DNA from: Iphione sp. A-MEVVRFRX5 | Taxonomy: Eukaryota | Length of the DNA: 64,000 nucleotides | Direction: 5' to 3' | NCBI GenBank assembly: GCA_976226885.1 | Contig: OZ320318.1 | Coordinates: 17,360,001-17,424,000, forward strand | Part shown: one piece after another, positions 26,600 to 40,279 of the stretch | Numbering within the stretch: the stretch's first letter is position 1 | How the letters are laid out: each line of letters opens with the position of its first letter | Program-made: the position numbers and the translations under genes | The notes under the pieces: generated by a model | The model's input: the letters and a program-made list of their open reading frames with translations, nothing else | What the model was told of the DNA's origin: nothing | Databases searched by the model: none

Positions 26600-27325
26600 T
26601 GAGATTGGCCGAGGGACAATGTAGAACTGCATTTTTACAATAGGATCCCATACCTTCCTAAAAGCGTCACTATATAGATGATGTCTGTGGTTTGTGAGTG
26701 TGGAATGAGTCGAATTCCATTGAATTGTTTAAGAGATTTTAAAACCCAATGGAGGTCCCCCTGGACTGTACTTGTGATAGATACCACCTTTGAATCCTGT
26801 GCATCAGAAGCTCGCATTTCAGCGAGCACTGAGCTAATGATGAACCTGGACGGGAGTGGTAATGTGGTTACATTACATAAGACCGATCAAATGCTGGTCC
26901 TCGGTGAATGAAATAGCGGTGTGGGCGATGAGGGATTCTATTTCTATATAAGGAGATCTGAGATCTTGGCATGAGGGATGAACATGGAGATATATTAGTA
27001 GAGTTAATATAGACTCACAGCTACATTTTATATTGATCATGAGTAGGAGGAACAGGTATTTCATGAGCTAATTGCATTCCTAGGGAGTATATAAGCAAAT
27101 TTAGGGAAAGCCCGGTGGATGGAGGTGAGGGGACAGATAGGTTATGATATAATGGCCCATGCTTTAACAGCGGGGAATTATAAGTGACCAACTAAGGAAC
27201 ATGATACTTCTTGTAGAAGAAGAGAAGAATATCTGGTCCCGAATGGAAGGGAGTGGTCCATATAGAATAGGTGATCATGTGAGAATGGGAGTAAGGGCCA
27301 GGACAGGGAGTTCACTGAGAAATAT
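26600..27325 (-). pseudogene. Ngaro/DIRS-like element N1, 3' part: RT core and RT/RNase H connection, decayed
   Basis: FSVNSLSWPLLPFSHDHLFYMDHSLPFGTRYSS..QEVS; LGMQLAHEIPVPPT; VLAEMRASD..SITSTVQGDLHWVLKSLKQFNGIRLI are characteristic of YR-retrotransposon RT/RH. Confidence 0.75.
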
Positions 27326-30300
27326 GCAGTGTATTTACCGAAGTAAATCTAGGTCTTTTGGACTAACACTGGATGTTAATACACTCAGTTACTTTAAAAT
27401 GTTTCTGTATCAAGTCCTAGTTAATTGAGAGGCTTCTTGCTGATGAGATCCTTTTCCATTAGGTCTTACTAGAGTGGATGATAATTCACCATTCTCTATC
27501 TAAACATTTTTATGTCAAGGATGATTATTCACCTGCGACTGGCCATTAAATCCTGAACACTGGATGATGATTCACCTGTGTTTGTCTATATGTCAACTGT
27601 TAGTATCCATTCTAAATTTAACACTTTCATAATTTGTACTTTTAGTGAAACAGCCGATCATGATTATTAATACATTATCATGATGGAAGAAATTCTGGTA
27701 ACCAATATATCTCATATAAAAGGTTTAAAATTAGTACAGCTTAATGTTTGTAGTTTATGTAGTAAAACCTCCAATATTGAATTCTTATGAAAGACCCAAG
27801 AAATTGATATATATGCTTGCAGGAGACATGGCTCCAAGCAAAAATACCTGATACATTGTTAAATATACCTGGATATACAGCATATAGATATGATCCTAAC
27901 AAATCATTTAGTGATGAAGTTAAAAATGGGGGGGGTTAGTAACTTATGTAAGACAACATTATATGTGCAAACGTTTTAGTAATCTTTGTAAAATAACACC
28001 AGATATTGAATAATCTATTTTAGAAATCAAACTGGGGAAGATGAAGACAACAATTATTATGAACATCTATAGACCTCCAAATGGTAATATTGATAACTTC
28101 ATTGCAAAAGTTCTGAATATACTTCAAAGTGTCAACATGAACAGGGATGTATGTATCATGGGGGACATAAATATAAATATGAGAAAGAAACAAGATACTT
28201 CAGTGAAAAAATTGGAAATTTTTTGGCTTAAAGAACTTCATAACAAATATAACAAGAGAAACAAATAAGTCAAAGACAACTGTTGATCTTATTGCCACAA
28301 ATAGTGGACATATAAAACAACATGGAACTTTGAATATGAACATATCAGATTATTACACTATGTCTGTGATTAAGAAAAACTCCAAGTTAAACTCAACTTT
28401 ACAGTACAAAGATGCTACATGCAGAAAAAACAACGAGGATATTAAAAAGGAAATCAAAGATCAAAACAAAATTGGGATTATTTGATAATTTAAAATCAGT
28501 TGATGATCAATGGAATTTTCTCTATAGTCACTACATAAGGGTGCTTGATAAATCAACCCCTTATGTGGAGAAAAAAGTACCTGTTAGTAATAACTCCCCA
28601 TGGGTTACCACATCACTTATTAAACAAATAAGATTAAAAATTATCTTTTACGTAAAGCTAAGGAAAGGGGGGCTGAGGATATGAAGAATATAGGGTATTG
28701 TTTGAAGCACATGTACCAGGTTAGACAAATCATGAGAGAGCATAAGAGGATGTACATAAAAGAAAAACTAGCTGGTGCAGGAAATAATCCAAAAGAATAT
28801 TGGGGACTGCTAAAAAGGAATTACAGGGACAGAATCGAAGTATATGCCAAATGTCACACTTTTCAATTACAACAATGAAAGGTTTGAAGATAACGAAAAA
28901 GCAAATGTTTTTAATAGTTATTTTTTTAAATATTCCCCATGATCTATTAAAAGATATACCAGTGTGCATCAATAACGTTGTGTAGGATAACAATAGTAAA
29001 ACTTTGTCCTTCTCTTTTACCGAAATTAAAGAATCTGAGGTAGCAAAGGTAGTTCATAAAATTAAGTAAGTAAAGCAAATAATGTACAAGGTATCTCCAC
29101 AAAAATTATGAAGAAAATCCTAATTATGATGCTTCTGTACTATACACAATTATTAAATCAGATTGTTAGAACAAATGTTTACCCTGAGGCTTGGACAACT
29201 GCGAAAATTATCCAAATTTTTAAAGGAGGTGATTCAACCAAAAGGGACAACTATAGACCTATTTCACTTCTACCTGTCATTAGCAAAATATTGGAAAAGC
29301 TATTATTTGAGCAAATGTACATATACCTTGAGCAAAATAAATTATTCACACAGGCACAATTCAGCTTTAGAAAAGGAAGAGGTACTAGGGAAGCATTAGC
29401 CCACATATTGAACAAGGCTTATTGGAATTACAATAACAAGATATTACAAAATTTGATATTTATAGACCTACGTAAGGCTTTAGATACAGTATCACATTCA
29501 CTATTATTAAATAAATTATCATTAAATTTTTTAAATGGTTTTTAAGATACTGCTATAAGTTTGCTTCAGAATTACCTGAGTAATAGGAAACAGTTTACAA
29601 TTGTAAATTGTTACAAGTCTAAGTTAGGTAATGTAAGTGTTGGGGTTCCCAAGGGCTCTACCCTGGGGCCCCTATTGTTTTCTTTATTTATTAATGATTT
29701 AACACAAGAAATATTGGGTGATGTAACATTTGCCGATGATACTTTAATTATGGTGGGAGGGACAACTATGAAAACCCTCAACGTGAAAACTCAAAAAATA
29801 TGCTATGACATAGAACAGTGGTGTTTGAATAATAGATTTATTGTTAACCCAAAAAAGAGTAACATTATGACTGTTTGGCCTGGCAGAAATAATTGGAATA
29901 AAGAAAGAAAAGACATTTTTATGACTAATGCATTAGTAGAATCTTATAAATATCTAGGAATGTTAATTGACACTAAACTGAAATTTGACCAAGAAGTGAA
30001 ATCAATTGTTAAAAAGATGAATAACAAAATTTATATCATCAATAAGGTTAAGGAATATCTAAGACCAAAAGACTGCTTGCTACTATATAAATGTAAAATG
30101 GAAGATAAAAGAAACAGGATAGTAGTAATCGATAGAGACCTGATTAACAAATTGCATTTGAAGTATAATATTGCTAGTATTGAAAAAAGAATGGATATCT
30201 TAATTGTCAATTTACTTTATAAGATGGTTAATTTAGACTTATGACCTCTTGAAACAAATGTCCTGTTACATCATTTTGATGACAAGTGTTTATAATTGAT

Positions 30301-31278
30301 AACTCCTAAATACGAATTGGTTAAAAGGTCTTTTATATATAATAGGTACAAGGTCTGGAATGATCTTGATCTACTCTACAAGAATTGTGGTTCTTAAGGA
30401 ATTATGTGCTTATTGCAAGATTGTGTTTTCAAATAAACACAAATATTAATTGTATGTAACTATACATATAGTGCCAACTTGAATTTGAATTTGAATTTGA
30501 AACTCTTTATTCAGAATTTTTGATGTACATCAGAGGTCTTCGTCCGAATACGGATATAACACAGAGCAAAGAATTCTTCAGTTAACCTTGAATATCATTT
30601 GTAAAATCTGCTGACATTATATGCTTGTAAAATGAATGCACGAGTCAATTTAAAAAACGCTGCCTATTAAGTGTTACAGGAGTCACAGTGTTACTATCAC
30701 AGTTGTTGGTTTATTCATTCCTACATACACATCAGAAATTATTCATCCTTTGTATGTGGCTTACACAATAAAAACTAGTTTGTTACATGACTTGCGTTAT
30801 CACTCATTACTCGAGTACTCAAACATAGACCCATTTCCAGTGGTAAGCAGTCAACCACTGCAGGCTGCGTGATCAATCAAATGGGCTATACATTCTCTAG
30901 TAAACCAAAAGTGACTAGCATGTCCCCTCACATAAGACTCCAACACATTTCACTTACCCCCTACAGTCATTCTTCATACGAATCACACTCTTGCTATCAC
31001 AGATGCACTATCTGACACGCTTTAGTTTCACAATTGATTCAAATAACATTTGTGGAAGTTATGTTCCCATACATTTGTCTCATCATCCTAAGTCCTCACT
31101 TACACACATGCCCAATTTGTCCAGTAGCTTGCCTAGTTTTATACATATTTACTTACACCATCCTCCCTCACATTCACCCACTCTCAGATAATAAGCGCAC
31201 TCCACACACAACCAGACATTTACTGCCCAATCACTCCTCTATTCAGTAACATTCTCATACACAGTCTGTCCACTCCCT

Positions 31279-33978
31279 TCAGGTCTTCTGGCATAAGGTT
31301 CCATGTCCTGACCCCCCTATATGAAGGGAGGATGCGAATCTAGATGTTTTAGGCTTGCACATCTTACCCCTCCTCCTCCCTCCAGCTCGGGTGACTGACC
31401 CCCTCGATTCAGGCAACAGTTCCATCTGCAATAACCGGTGTAACACCGACAAGCCTCGTGCGTCAATAAGATCCCTGACCCTTGGAATACCTAGTTTCCT
31501 CTGTAGAGAGATTGCAGTCTGTTCCTTATTTGTGACTAGTGATACCCTTGCACACCTATCGACACAAGCTTGCAGCCGCACTACATCAGAGCTAGCAATG
31601 CCATACAGAGTGCATGCGGAGTAGACCAAATGCGACAGCACCAGACTCCTAAAGAGCATGCATCTTATGTGTACTGGAAGCAGTAGTGTTACTCTCGCCA
31701 GTTTGATTGCCGCCCCCCGCATCTTCGATCTAATTCCCTTAACTGCGTTTTTAAAGTTAAGTTTCCCATCAACATTGAACCCAAGCAGCTTGCCGTTTGT
31801 TTTGGCTACTAGTTTTTCTCCCTTTACGTGCAGGTCCAGGTCTAGTCCCGAGGCTTTACTAAGAGGCAGATGAGAACATTTGTTGATGCTCAGGATTAGG
31901 CCGTTGTCTTCACACCACCTACTCACCGCTTCCATCGATCTCAGACACATACCCCTCAGGTGAAGCAGATCCATGCCCTTTACCAGAAGGGTGATGTCGT
32001 CTGCATATAACACTGTGTCTACTCCGGGCGGTAGGAACCCCTGCAATGTGTAGACAGCCATTAAGAAGCCCAGAGGCCCCATTACAGAGCCTTGTGGGAC
32101 TCCAATATCCACTCTGACCACATCAGATTTGTGGCCCACGCACTCCATAAACTGATATCTCCTCGATAGATAGTCCCTTAGTAGTGATACAGGCTTACTA
32201 CCTGACCCTGATCTTATGAATTGGGATATAACCCTGTCTCTACTGACTAGGTCGAATACCTTTTTCATGTCGAGCAGAATAAGACACACATAAAGGCCTT
32301 CGTTCATGCAATCCAGGGTGTCACATACTAGCTTACTTATGGCTGTGTCCATTCGACGCCCCTGCCTAAACCCATGTTGATTGTCACTTAGGAATTTTCA
32401 TGCTTCTAGCTCCTTCACCAACTTACCACAAAACCAGGCCTCACATAGTTTTCCCGGTAGGGACAAGATGCTTACTGGTCGATAGTTGGCAAGGTCATTT
32501 TTGTCTCCTTTTTTGAATATCGGGCACACTCTTGCGATCTTCCAGCGATCAGGAAATCTTCCGGTTAGTAGACACATCCCAAATATCCACACCAGGAACT
32601 CCACATTAAAAAGAAGAACGGGTTTTAAAATACGGTTTGGTATTCCCTGAATTCCTGAAGATGCAGTTGAACTTTGCTAATCAGCCTTCTCACCTCTTCA
32701 ACTCTAGCAGGTTCGATCTCATACCTCTTGTCAGTCGGTGGAGGAATGGCCACTACATTCACTATCTCTCTAGACATGGTTTTGACCTCATCAACAAACT
32801 TCTTGTTGAACTCACTTGCCAGCTAGTCACCCCTATCCAGCTGGGGGCCTTTAGGCAACTGCAAGTCATGCCTACACCTGCCAAGACATTCATCCACTAC
32901 GTACCAAAGCAGTTTGGTGTCCTTCCAGGCCTTATATACTCTGTCATACCAATAAGCCTTTTCTTCCCCTTTTATAACCCGCTTTAACAGTTTTTTAGAT
33001 ATCTAAATATCGTTTCACTATCTACATCACCAGTGTTCCTCCAGTGTAATAGGAAATATTTCCTGTCCCTGACTAGATCAAGGGCTCCTTTACTAAGACG
33101 AAAGCCATCCCTTCTCCCCTTAACAGTGATTGATTTTGTAGGGCATCTTTCCTCTAGCAGTACACAAAGCTTGTCCTCAAACTTTCCCCATTGCTTTTCA
33201 TGGTCCATTGCTTCCAAGTTTGCCTCAGCTACAAGTCGTTCTGCAATTCACCCAGGTCTACCTTATCCCATTGCCTAATAGTGATCACCTGTTGCACTTT
33301 GCTATTCATTCCCTTTTGAAGTCTGATCCCAATGGGTAAATGATCACTAATCCCTAACATCCCTATTTCCCCACCCAGATGTCCATGGAAGTTCACCCAA
33401 ACATCATCAAGACATGAGCCTCCCTGCATCATCGTGCTTCCCTGAATGACCTCGGTGTATCCCCTACTCGAAAGAATCTTGGACAGAGTACCACTTCCTT
33501 TGTCATTACCACCATAGTTATAATTAAAGTCACCCATGATTGCAGTATCACCCATGCGTTTCAGACTTAATGTCTCCAGGACAGTGCAGAGTGTACTTGC
33601 AAAGTCTTTTATTTTTTGAGATGGTGGTCGATAGTAGGCAACCACAGTGATCGGTTTACAACGTCCCCATTTGAGGCGAACCCCCAACACCTCACTAAGA
33701 CCTTGATCTAGTTTGAATTTTAACTCCTCCTGCAATTCCATCTGTTCTAAATAATATATGACTAGCCCCCAACCATGCTTGGACACAACGCCGGCCCTAT
33801 CTTTCCTCACAAATCTGTAGCCTTGTATACCAATTTCATTATTGCCATAACTGTCATTCAACCAAGTCTCTGAAATACAACATATATGTATTTGATCATT
33901 CATCATGTATTCCCTCAACTCAGACATTTTCTTTGGCATACTCCTAATATTCAAGTGAACCATATGCACTCCTTTCAT
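31279..33978 (-). pseudogene. Element A ORF3: apurinic-like endonuclease + reverse transcriptase, frameshifted
   Basis: MKGVHMVHLNIRSM, CISETWL, YYRPP, MGDFN, ISDH (EN); [42 protein letters not shown] (RT). Confidence 0.95.
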
Positions 33979-34988
33979 ACTTCTCACATAGGCTTGTGTA
34001 CCGTGCCCCCCCCCCCCCCTGTGTGCCACACTCCACTCCATTGTCAAGAACACCTCAGACACCCCACGTCACACACCTCCCTTTGCATAATGTTAACGCG
34101 AAACATATATACATAGGTTCATACATCGATCGGCCATAAAATTTTGCAATAGGCACGTCCAGTGAACTATGACCTCAATTATAAACACGAGTGACTAAAA
34201 AACAACAGTTGACAAAGCTCAGTGCCAAATATATTGTAAAAAAGCAAACACACAGGATTTTGTCCTTCTGGGATAGGATACTTATTAACGCATATACATA
34301 AAACATGAGTCATGGAAGTGCAAATATTGTATTACTGAATATTGAATACTGTAATTTTGAAGACACTCAAGTAAAATAGGAAAAATCTCAGGCAACAATC
34401 TTCTCATCAGACCTATATATTATAGATGCATAGTCACAATCCAGTTTCCTCAGAATGTCCTTTCTGGCAATGCACCTGTAATTAACTTGACTATTTAGGC
34501 CAAATAAAAAAAGTGATTTACAACGATGTCAGCAGGAAAACCTTCAGGATTACTTGTAGCATGAATCCCACTCTCTGTAGATTGTCAGTGCACTCTGTTA
34601 AGAGATAAGTCAGCAGACTAAACATGAATTCTTTGATCAGAATAAATAGATTGTTCCTTAACAACATACCGGACATGCAGTCTTACTGTGAGTATATGTT
34701 GAGATACTGGTTCATATCTACTTTGCTCAGATATGTAAGGATAAAATAAAGATGTACGTAAACTCTCAAGATCAATTTTGTAACCCTTATTTCCCTGCTT
34801 GGATCTGTAGTCAATGGAGTAGTAGAGTTACCTAGACTCATCAGAGGTCATCACTATTATGTACACCGAAGCATTGACGAATCAAAACAGATATTATACA
34901 TTACATCATCAGGACGACTCACATCGCAGACACATAAGCATAAATATACAGTTTACTTGAGCTGTTGGGCTACGTGAGACAACAGTTG

Positions 34989-35624
34989 TCAATGAAACTT
35001 ATGCGCGTACTCTTCAATTGACATTTTCAGAGTAAATATCCCGTCCATAATTGTGAGCTTGGATGGTGTCATTCCATCTTCCTCAAGATAATCATGGTTA
35101 GATTGCAAATGACCATCAATTCCCACATTGACCGGATGATCCAAGTAGATAGGAGCCAAACTTTTTGTCCTCACTGTATGTTCCCCTATCATGTTGTGGA
35201 TCATCACTTGTGCGTCTAGCCTCACTTGATCTTCCTCTGCATCCTCACGTCCAGTCAATTTAGCCATGTTAGCCCCAGCTAATGGAGCAATCACCAGCCT
35301 CGTCCCTCGATTGCAGCCAGCACCCATGCTATTACTCAGCCATGTAGCGTAGTACCTCATATGATTCTCAAATGCTCGCGGTGAACGGAGTCTCAAGACC
35401 CACTGACGCCCCACACACTTCAAGATGCTGTGTAGGCCCATAGAAAATATCACAAGATGGTATGTTCTTGTGTTCACGAAGTGACGCTTGCGAATCATCT
35501 GTCGATACATAGCCCTCTTGACCATAATAGCATATAACAACATCGGCGGGAGACTTTCGAGCCCCAACCTTCTGTCTGCCCTTGCCGTCCGATAATCACA
35601 CACGAGCAGCACACGAAGGCTCAT
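34989..35624 (-). CDS. Element A ORF2: SGNH-fold-like protein lacking catalytic residues (211 aa, open)
   Basis: Homologous to B and D ORF2 and colinear with the SGNH ORF of C. Block I reads VCDYRT, block III SMGLH, block V DGMT. Confidence 0.7.
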   Translation of the reverse strand: MSLRVLLVCDYRTARADRRLGLESLPPMLLYAIMVKRAMYRQMIRKRHFVNTRTYHLVIFSMGLHSILKCVGRQWVLRLRSPRAFENHMRYYATWLSNSMGAGCNRGTRLVIAPLAGANMAKLTGREDAEEDQVRLDAQVMIHNMIGEHTVRTKSLAPIYLDHPVNVGIDGHLQSNHDYLEEDGMTPSKLTIMDGIFTLKMSIEEYAHKFH

Positions 35625-35790
35625 GCCTGGTGCTCATAGCTCATTGTCTTTAATCACCACCTCTGTCGATATAAACCATAAAACAAAACTTAGACATCGG
35701 TTATGCACACACACAGGGCAGGTTACTAACATTCCCAGACTAATGAACAATCTTTAAGAACACCCTGCATTGTTCAATAACACGAGATCA

Positions 35791-37366
35791 TCATAGGCTG
35801 TCCGCAACCGAAAGATATCCATCTCTAAGCGACATCAACAAGTTCCCCAGAACATTTTCTCCCTTCAGTTTCTCCCCGTCAACGTCATTCGGTAGTCTCG
35901 GGCCCCTACCATTTCCCAAGATGGCGTCCCTATCACAAAAAATAATCTCTTGGCCCACTGTTTCAAGCAACGCTTGCTTCGCTGACACAGAGCAGTCATA
36001 TTTGCTTTTCAAAATTCTACTCAACACTACCTTGAGCTCATTTTCCCATCCTTCAGGGTCTTGTTAATTTGCTGCAATCTTGTTAATTTCAAGTCGACTC
36101 CTCGCATTAAACAGATCACGTTCTTTCTGCGCGCTTTTGCCTCTCTTCGCCTTCTCCACCACTCTTGTACAAGGAGTGAAGCATATCTCCTTGAGACTTA
36201 GATGAATTTTTCGATGGGATCAAATATTCCGGGAGTTTGCCGACATCCCTTGGTGTTATCTTGTTGCCATCAAGGTGGAGGTCAAGGCCATTCACTGACA
36301 CATGCATACCATGCCTTCTAGCAGCTGATGCCACTTTTTTGAGAAGCTGATGTTTATCCATCACTCTATTAGGTATGTCTTCCTTGAAGAATATTCTTTG
36401 ACATCCGCTCATCTTGGATAATCTACCTTTCTTCTGCAACACTTGATCCCTGATATCCATTTTGAGGTATGGGCCACTATCGTCAATGCAGATAATGTCG
36501 CTGATTATGTTCCGCTGAAGCCCAGTTGCCCTCACTACCACATCCTCAGTAAATTGGTACCTATTTACCTCCTCGTGGTTTGGTACCCCATCCACTATCA
36601 TCTTCCACGAACGATCATAGATTTCAATCCTTGAGACATCTTCATCTATTATGTCCACAGACCTTTCGGTTGCTTCTAACCGACTCTCGACCGTCTTCAA
36701 TCTGTCAGAGATTTCTTGAAGTTTGCTGTCAGTCACCCTGTTGTCATATTTCATACCTTCTATGCCGATCTTGATACCAGTTATGTCATTTTTCAGGTTA
36801 ACAATCTCCTTCATCACGTTGTTGGTCAGTTCCTTTACAGCTTGTTCCAGGACTGTCAGCCTGTCCATCCCCAACATCACAGCCTCCTTGTTTGTCGTTC
36901 CTTGAACATTCGACACACCATCTGCATCATCGACACCGTCGGCGTTGATGGTGGGTGCCTTCTCAAGTGACTCAGATTGCAGACTTCTTGGTGAGTCATC
37001 ATTGTCAACCCTACTTCCTAACCCTCCTATATCAGACGGGCCAGTATCAGTCTCAGTCTAAGTCTCCGATACATGTGTGATTAGGCCTGTCCCATTGTCA
37101 ACACGACCTGCTGCATTACCATTCTTCACCTGTTCCACTGTTGACTGAGCTCTATTCTTTGGCGGTCTCCCTCTTTTCTTTGCACTTGTTTGTGGCTGGG
37201 ATTGCTCTGTGCACTCATCTCCCACTCCAACCTCATTGTTTACGTTTCGTGGTGTTCCCGCCTTCCGTCCCTTCCGAGTACACCTAATGTCGCTCACCTC
37301 TGTCGACTCAGTTGGGAAATCCATTAAATCCCCCACTGAGAGGTTTTGACTGTGAAGTTTTGACAT
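35791..37366 (-). pseudogene. Element A ORF1: AT-hook + coiled coil + L1-type RRM/CTD + degenerate NADAR (premature stops, deletion/frameshift)
   Basis: KKRGRPPK; coiled coil LEQAVKELTNNVMKEIVNLK...; RSWKMIVDGVP..IFFKEDIP (RRM). NADAR pieces GWENELKVVLSRILKSKY..KQALLETVGQEIIFCDRDAILGNG..GENVLGNLLMSLRD. Confidence 0.85.
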
Positions 37367-37599
37367 TGACCTTAAAACTGGTGTGTTTGAAGCAAAGTTC
37401 GGCGAGTTAAAATGAGGAATTCCGATGTGACATGTTAAGGTAAAAGGCACTGGCACCGGGGGGATAGCACGGGTACGTCTACACTACTCGGCAGCCATTA
37501 TTTAAACTTGAAATACATCTTTGTATATTTCTGTCCAAATAACAATGCCTTTATGAGGCGACTGTCGGAAATAAAATTTCATTCTATTCTATTCTATAT

Positions 37600-39100
37600 C
37601 TGTAAGCAATGTAGAGTTGGTACTGTTGGGAAGCTATTTTATCTGCTACGTGGAAGGGGGTAGGTAATAGGCAACCGTATACCATAGTGGTTTTTAGAAG
37701 GGATACCTTTGTTGACTCCTGACCGTGAAGGGTCGAAAATAATATGCTTGTCAACTGCTTTCTTTTCAGAACGTGTCATGATTGGACTTGTAATCTGAGA
37801 GTAAAGCAAAGGGTGGATTAGTAAGGGATCACTGATGATTGCCTGGTTGACAGCTAAGTGCAGAAGTATTTTTCATCATGTAAGAAGTCGTGTGATGTAG
37901 GTGATGTGGAAAATTGTTTTAGGTAAGGGTAGATGGAGGAGGCTGCTTGACCTATTGGGGACCCTAATGTTCAAAAAATCCATAAAGATATGCTTTCTAC
38001 AAGGAATGGGAGGAATGCAGTTGCCTACGCATTGAGGTTTAAGTGATTGCAATAAGTATACGTGCTTCCATAAAATTTGGTAGACCGCCAGCAACACTAC
38101 ACTATTGTAAACTAGAGCAAGTTGATCTCGCATTGATGTAGAAGGAAGCGGTCAATTACATACACGGTGTTCTATCCTCTGGAAATATGACCGAACCTGT
38201 GTCTGAAATTGAGATAACGAGTAATAGGTTTGATAGGTAAATGGTAGATCGCCGACTGGGTCGTCGTTGTAGGCTTCTATGTGTCTTGCTGTCTGTCCGA
38301 ACTCTGCTGCTGGGGCCTCAGGGCCTGCTGAGTCAACCAGGAAAGCCACTCCATCCTGTGCTGAGGATGCTGCCTTAACTTCTGGGAACCTCCTGCGTGA
38401 ATAACACTGGTTGGTCTTGTGGTTTGGTGCCTTGTTATAAAGAAGCAAACAAAATAGACACGGGTATGTCCATCGTAGGCACACAAGCTGGGTCTCCCTA
38501 TGTAGGGGGTAGATGTCCCTTATAGCTCTATGGTGTGCGTCTAGAAATCTGTGCTAAATGTTCTCAATGCAGCAACATTGCCATCATGCAGGCAACATAC
38601 CGGAGAAAAGTAAATTTCTTAAGTGCTGGCTTGTCTGAGTCAAAAGACCTGATACAGGGTATGGTGTGGCCTTTAAGTTTTTCCTTCCCCACGTTTTCCG
38701 GTGCGTCAGGGTGACATATGCATGAAGATGTCCCTGATTTTCAATGCTACTTCAGCCCTGGGTTGATGTGACTGGGGTAGTGTGTTGGTTGCATCCACCT
38801 CCCTGATCGACTGGATCGAGGTGGTAGCTGCCAGTTCTTCTTGTAATATATCCATCTTGGCTGAAGCCACTCGCGTGGTCTCCATATGCCAAACCAATGT
38901 ATTCTGTCCTCGTTTGTGACCGGGTTTCACTGTCAGGATATCGAACCTCTCTTCGATAGCCCTTATCTTCGCCAGGAGACGTGATAGAACCTCACCTCCC
39001 TCAGCACCTGTCGTTTTTGGCCTAGCGACAATTGGAAAGATAAAAAGATACTTGCCCCCTAAGGCGATGCTCCTGAACAATTAAGTGGTTTTCTTATCCA
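37600..39100 (-). pseudogene. Ngaro/DIRS-like element N1, 5' part: gag-like ORF and RT N-terminus, decayed
   Basis: Gag-like pieces with a C-x2-C-x9-H-x4-C motif (PCLFCLLLYNKAPNHKTNQC). RT N-terminus SPIMTRSEKKAVDKHIIFDPSRSGVNKGIP..RLPITYPFHVAD. The frame rejoins 27325 across the E insertion. Confidence 0.7.
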
Positions 39101-40279
39101 GTATCTTGCACCCTTCATACTAGGGGTTAGGACACATATAACCCCTGGATTCGTACAATAATATCACTAGGAATAGACATGCCATGTAGCTATCCTAGGA
39201 TAATGCAGAGTTCAAAGAAAGCCTCAACAATTAGCCGTGGTGCACAGGCAATATCAATGTAGGAAAAGTTAAGTCAAGAAGAAAATCAACACTAGACTCA
39301 CCGGTACTATCATGTAACTCTATTAATGTGTTGACAAGAAAGATGACAGAATTAGTTGTGTATTGTATAGAATTGATATATATTTGTTTCAATGTGAAAA
39401 GCTGATGTAAACCTGCATGTATAAATGGTGTGTCACATTTTAAAAAGCTTATTTAATGAAATAGGAGAATGGACCATAAACCATGATTATTGTTTTAGCA
39501 AAGGTTATGTACTGGATAACTTCAAGTCCTCATGGAATAAATACAAGAATTTAACGTTCCCAGCATTGTACTTCATGTTTTTTTAACATTTTTTACCTTA
39601 CACCACCAAAACCTTTTGTAGATACAGGAAACATTTTTGTTTACGACCATCAGTCAACATTTTGTGAGAATGTACATAGATATATATGTCAAATATGGAG
39701 TTTATCAGTACATTGATATGGTAATGAAACTTTGTTACGATGTTCACCAAGCCAACTTGATCATGCGAGTGACACCCTAAAGTGACATTGACTGTATTAA
39801 AGAATGCTAGGGCTGACAACCATCGTTCAGATTGAAAGTTTCAATTTATCTTTTTTAATAAAGCCTAATTGTGTCTCAGGACCCCCAGTTATTGCATTGA
39901 GTGTCATCCTTTCAACATATACATATACTGTTTACAGTCAACATTTGCTATCTAAGGTATTTGCATAACGGAAGGGAAACTGAAGAAATGGTGAGTGTGT
40001 GACCACGTGAAAACTTGGAAAAATCGAACGTCGGTGGATCCATAGACTAAAACCTGTGATGCTCAGGGGCCTAAATTAATTCGGACTGCCCCTGTTTGCT
40101 ACCAACCCATCCCAATAATGCATTTGTATAACTGACATTTCTGAACAAACCTACGAGTGAATGATTTTCTACAAAACATACGTAGTATGCAGATGAACTA
40201 TAGAGATATTCATATAAATGAATTTTATAAACGGCCTACAATTGCGATACATATATATTTCTGTTTTTGCATAAAAACA

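Larger units (their letters stand above)
30484..37504 (-). mobile_element. Element A: full-length tricistronic LINE (ORF1-NADAR, SGNH-like ORF2, EN-RT), decayed
   Basis: 5' motif TAAATAATGGCTGCCGAGTAG. 3' end AATAAAGAGT(TTCAAA)n. TSD AACTTGAA at 30476-83 and 37505-12 (partly overlapping the tail). Confidence 0.9.
27326..37595 (+). mobile_element. Element E: 5'-truncated CR1/L2-group LINE (spacer, EN-RT, 3' UTR), interrupted by element A
   Basis: EN from ~27718 (KGLKLVQLNVCSL; NIYRPPNG; IMGDIN) and RT (DNYRPISLLPVISKILEK; FIDLRKALDTV; GVPKGSTLGPLLF; FADD) with many frameshifts, to ~30400. The 3' UTR resumes at 37513 and ends AATAAA (37569) + (ATTCT)3. ATAT TSD at 27322-25 and 37596-99. Confidence 0.85.

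Noticed and set aside
26678-27428. Plus-strand ORFs upstream of element E as its ORF1/ORF2
   Set aside because: The minus strand here encodes Ngaro-like RT/RH motifs and the TSD places the 5' end of E at 27326; the plus-strand ORFs are antisense artefacts.
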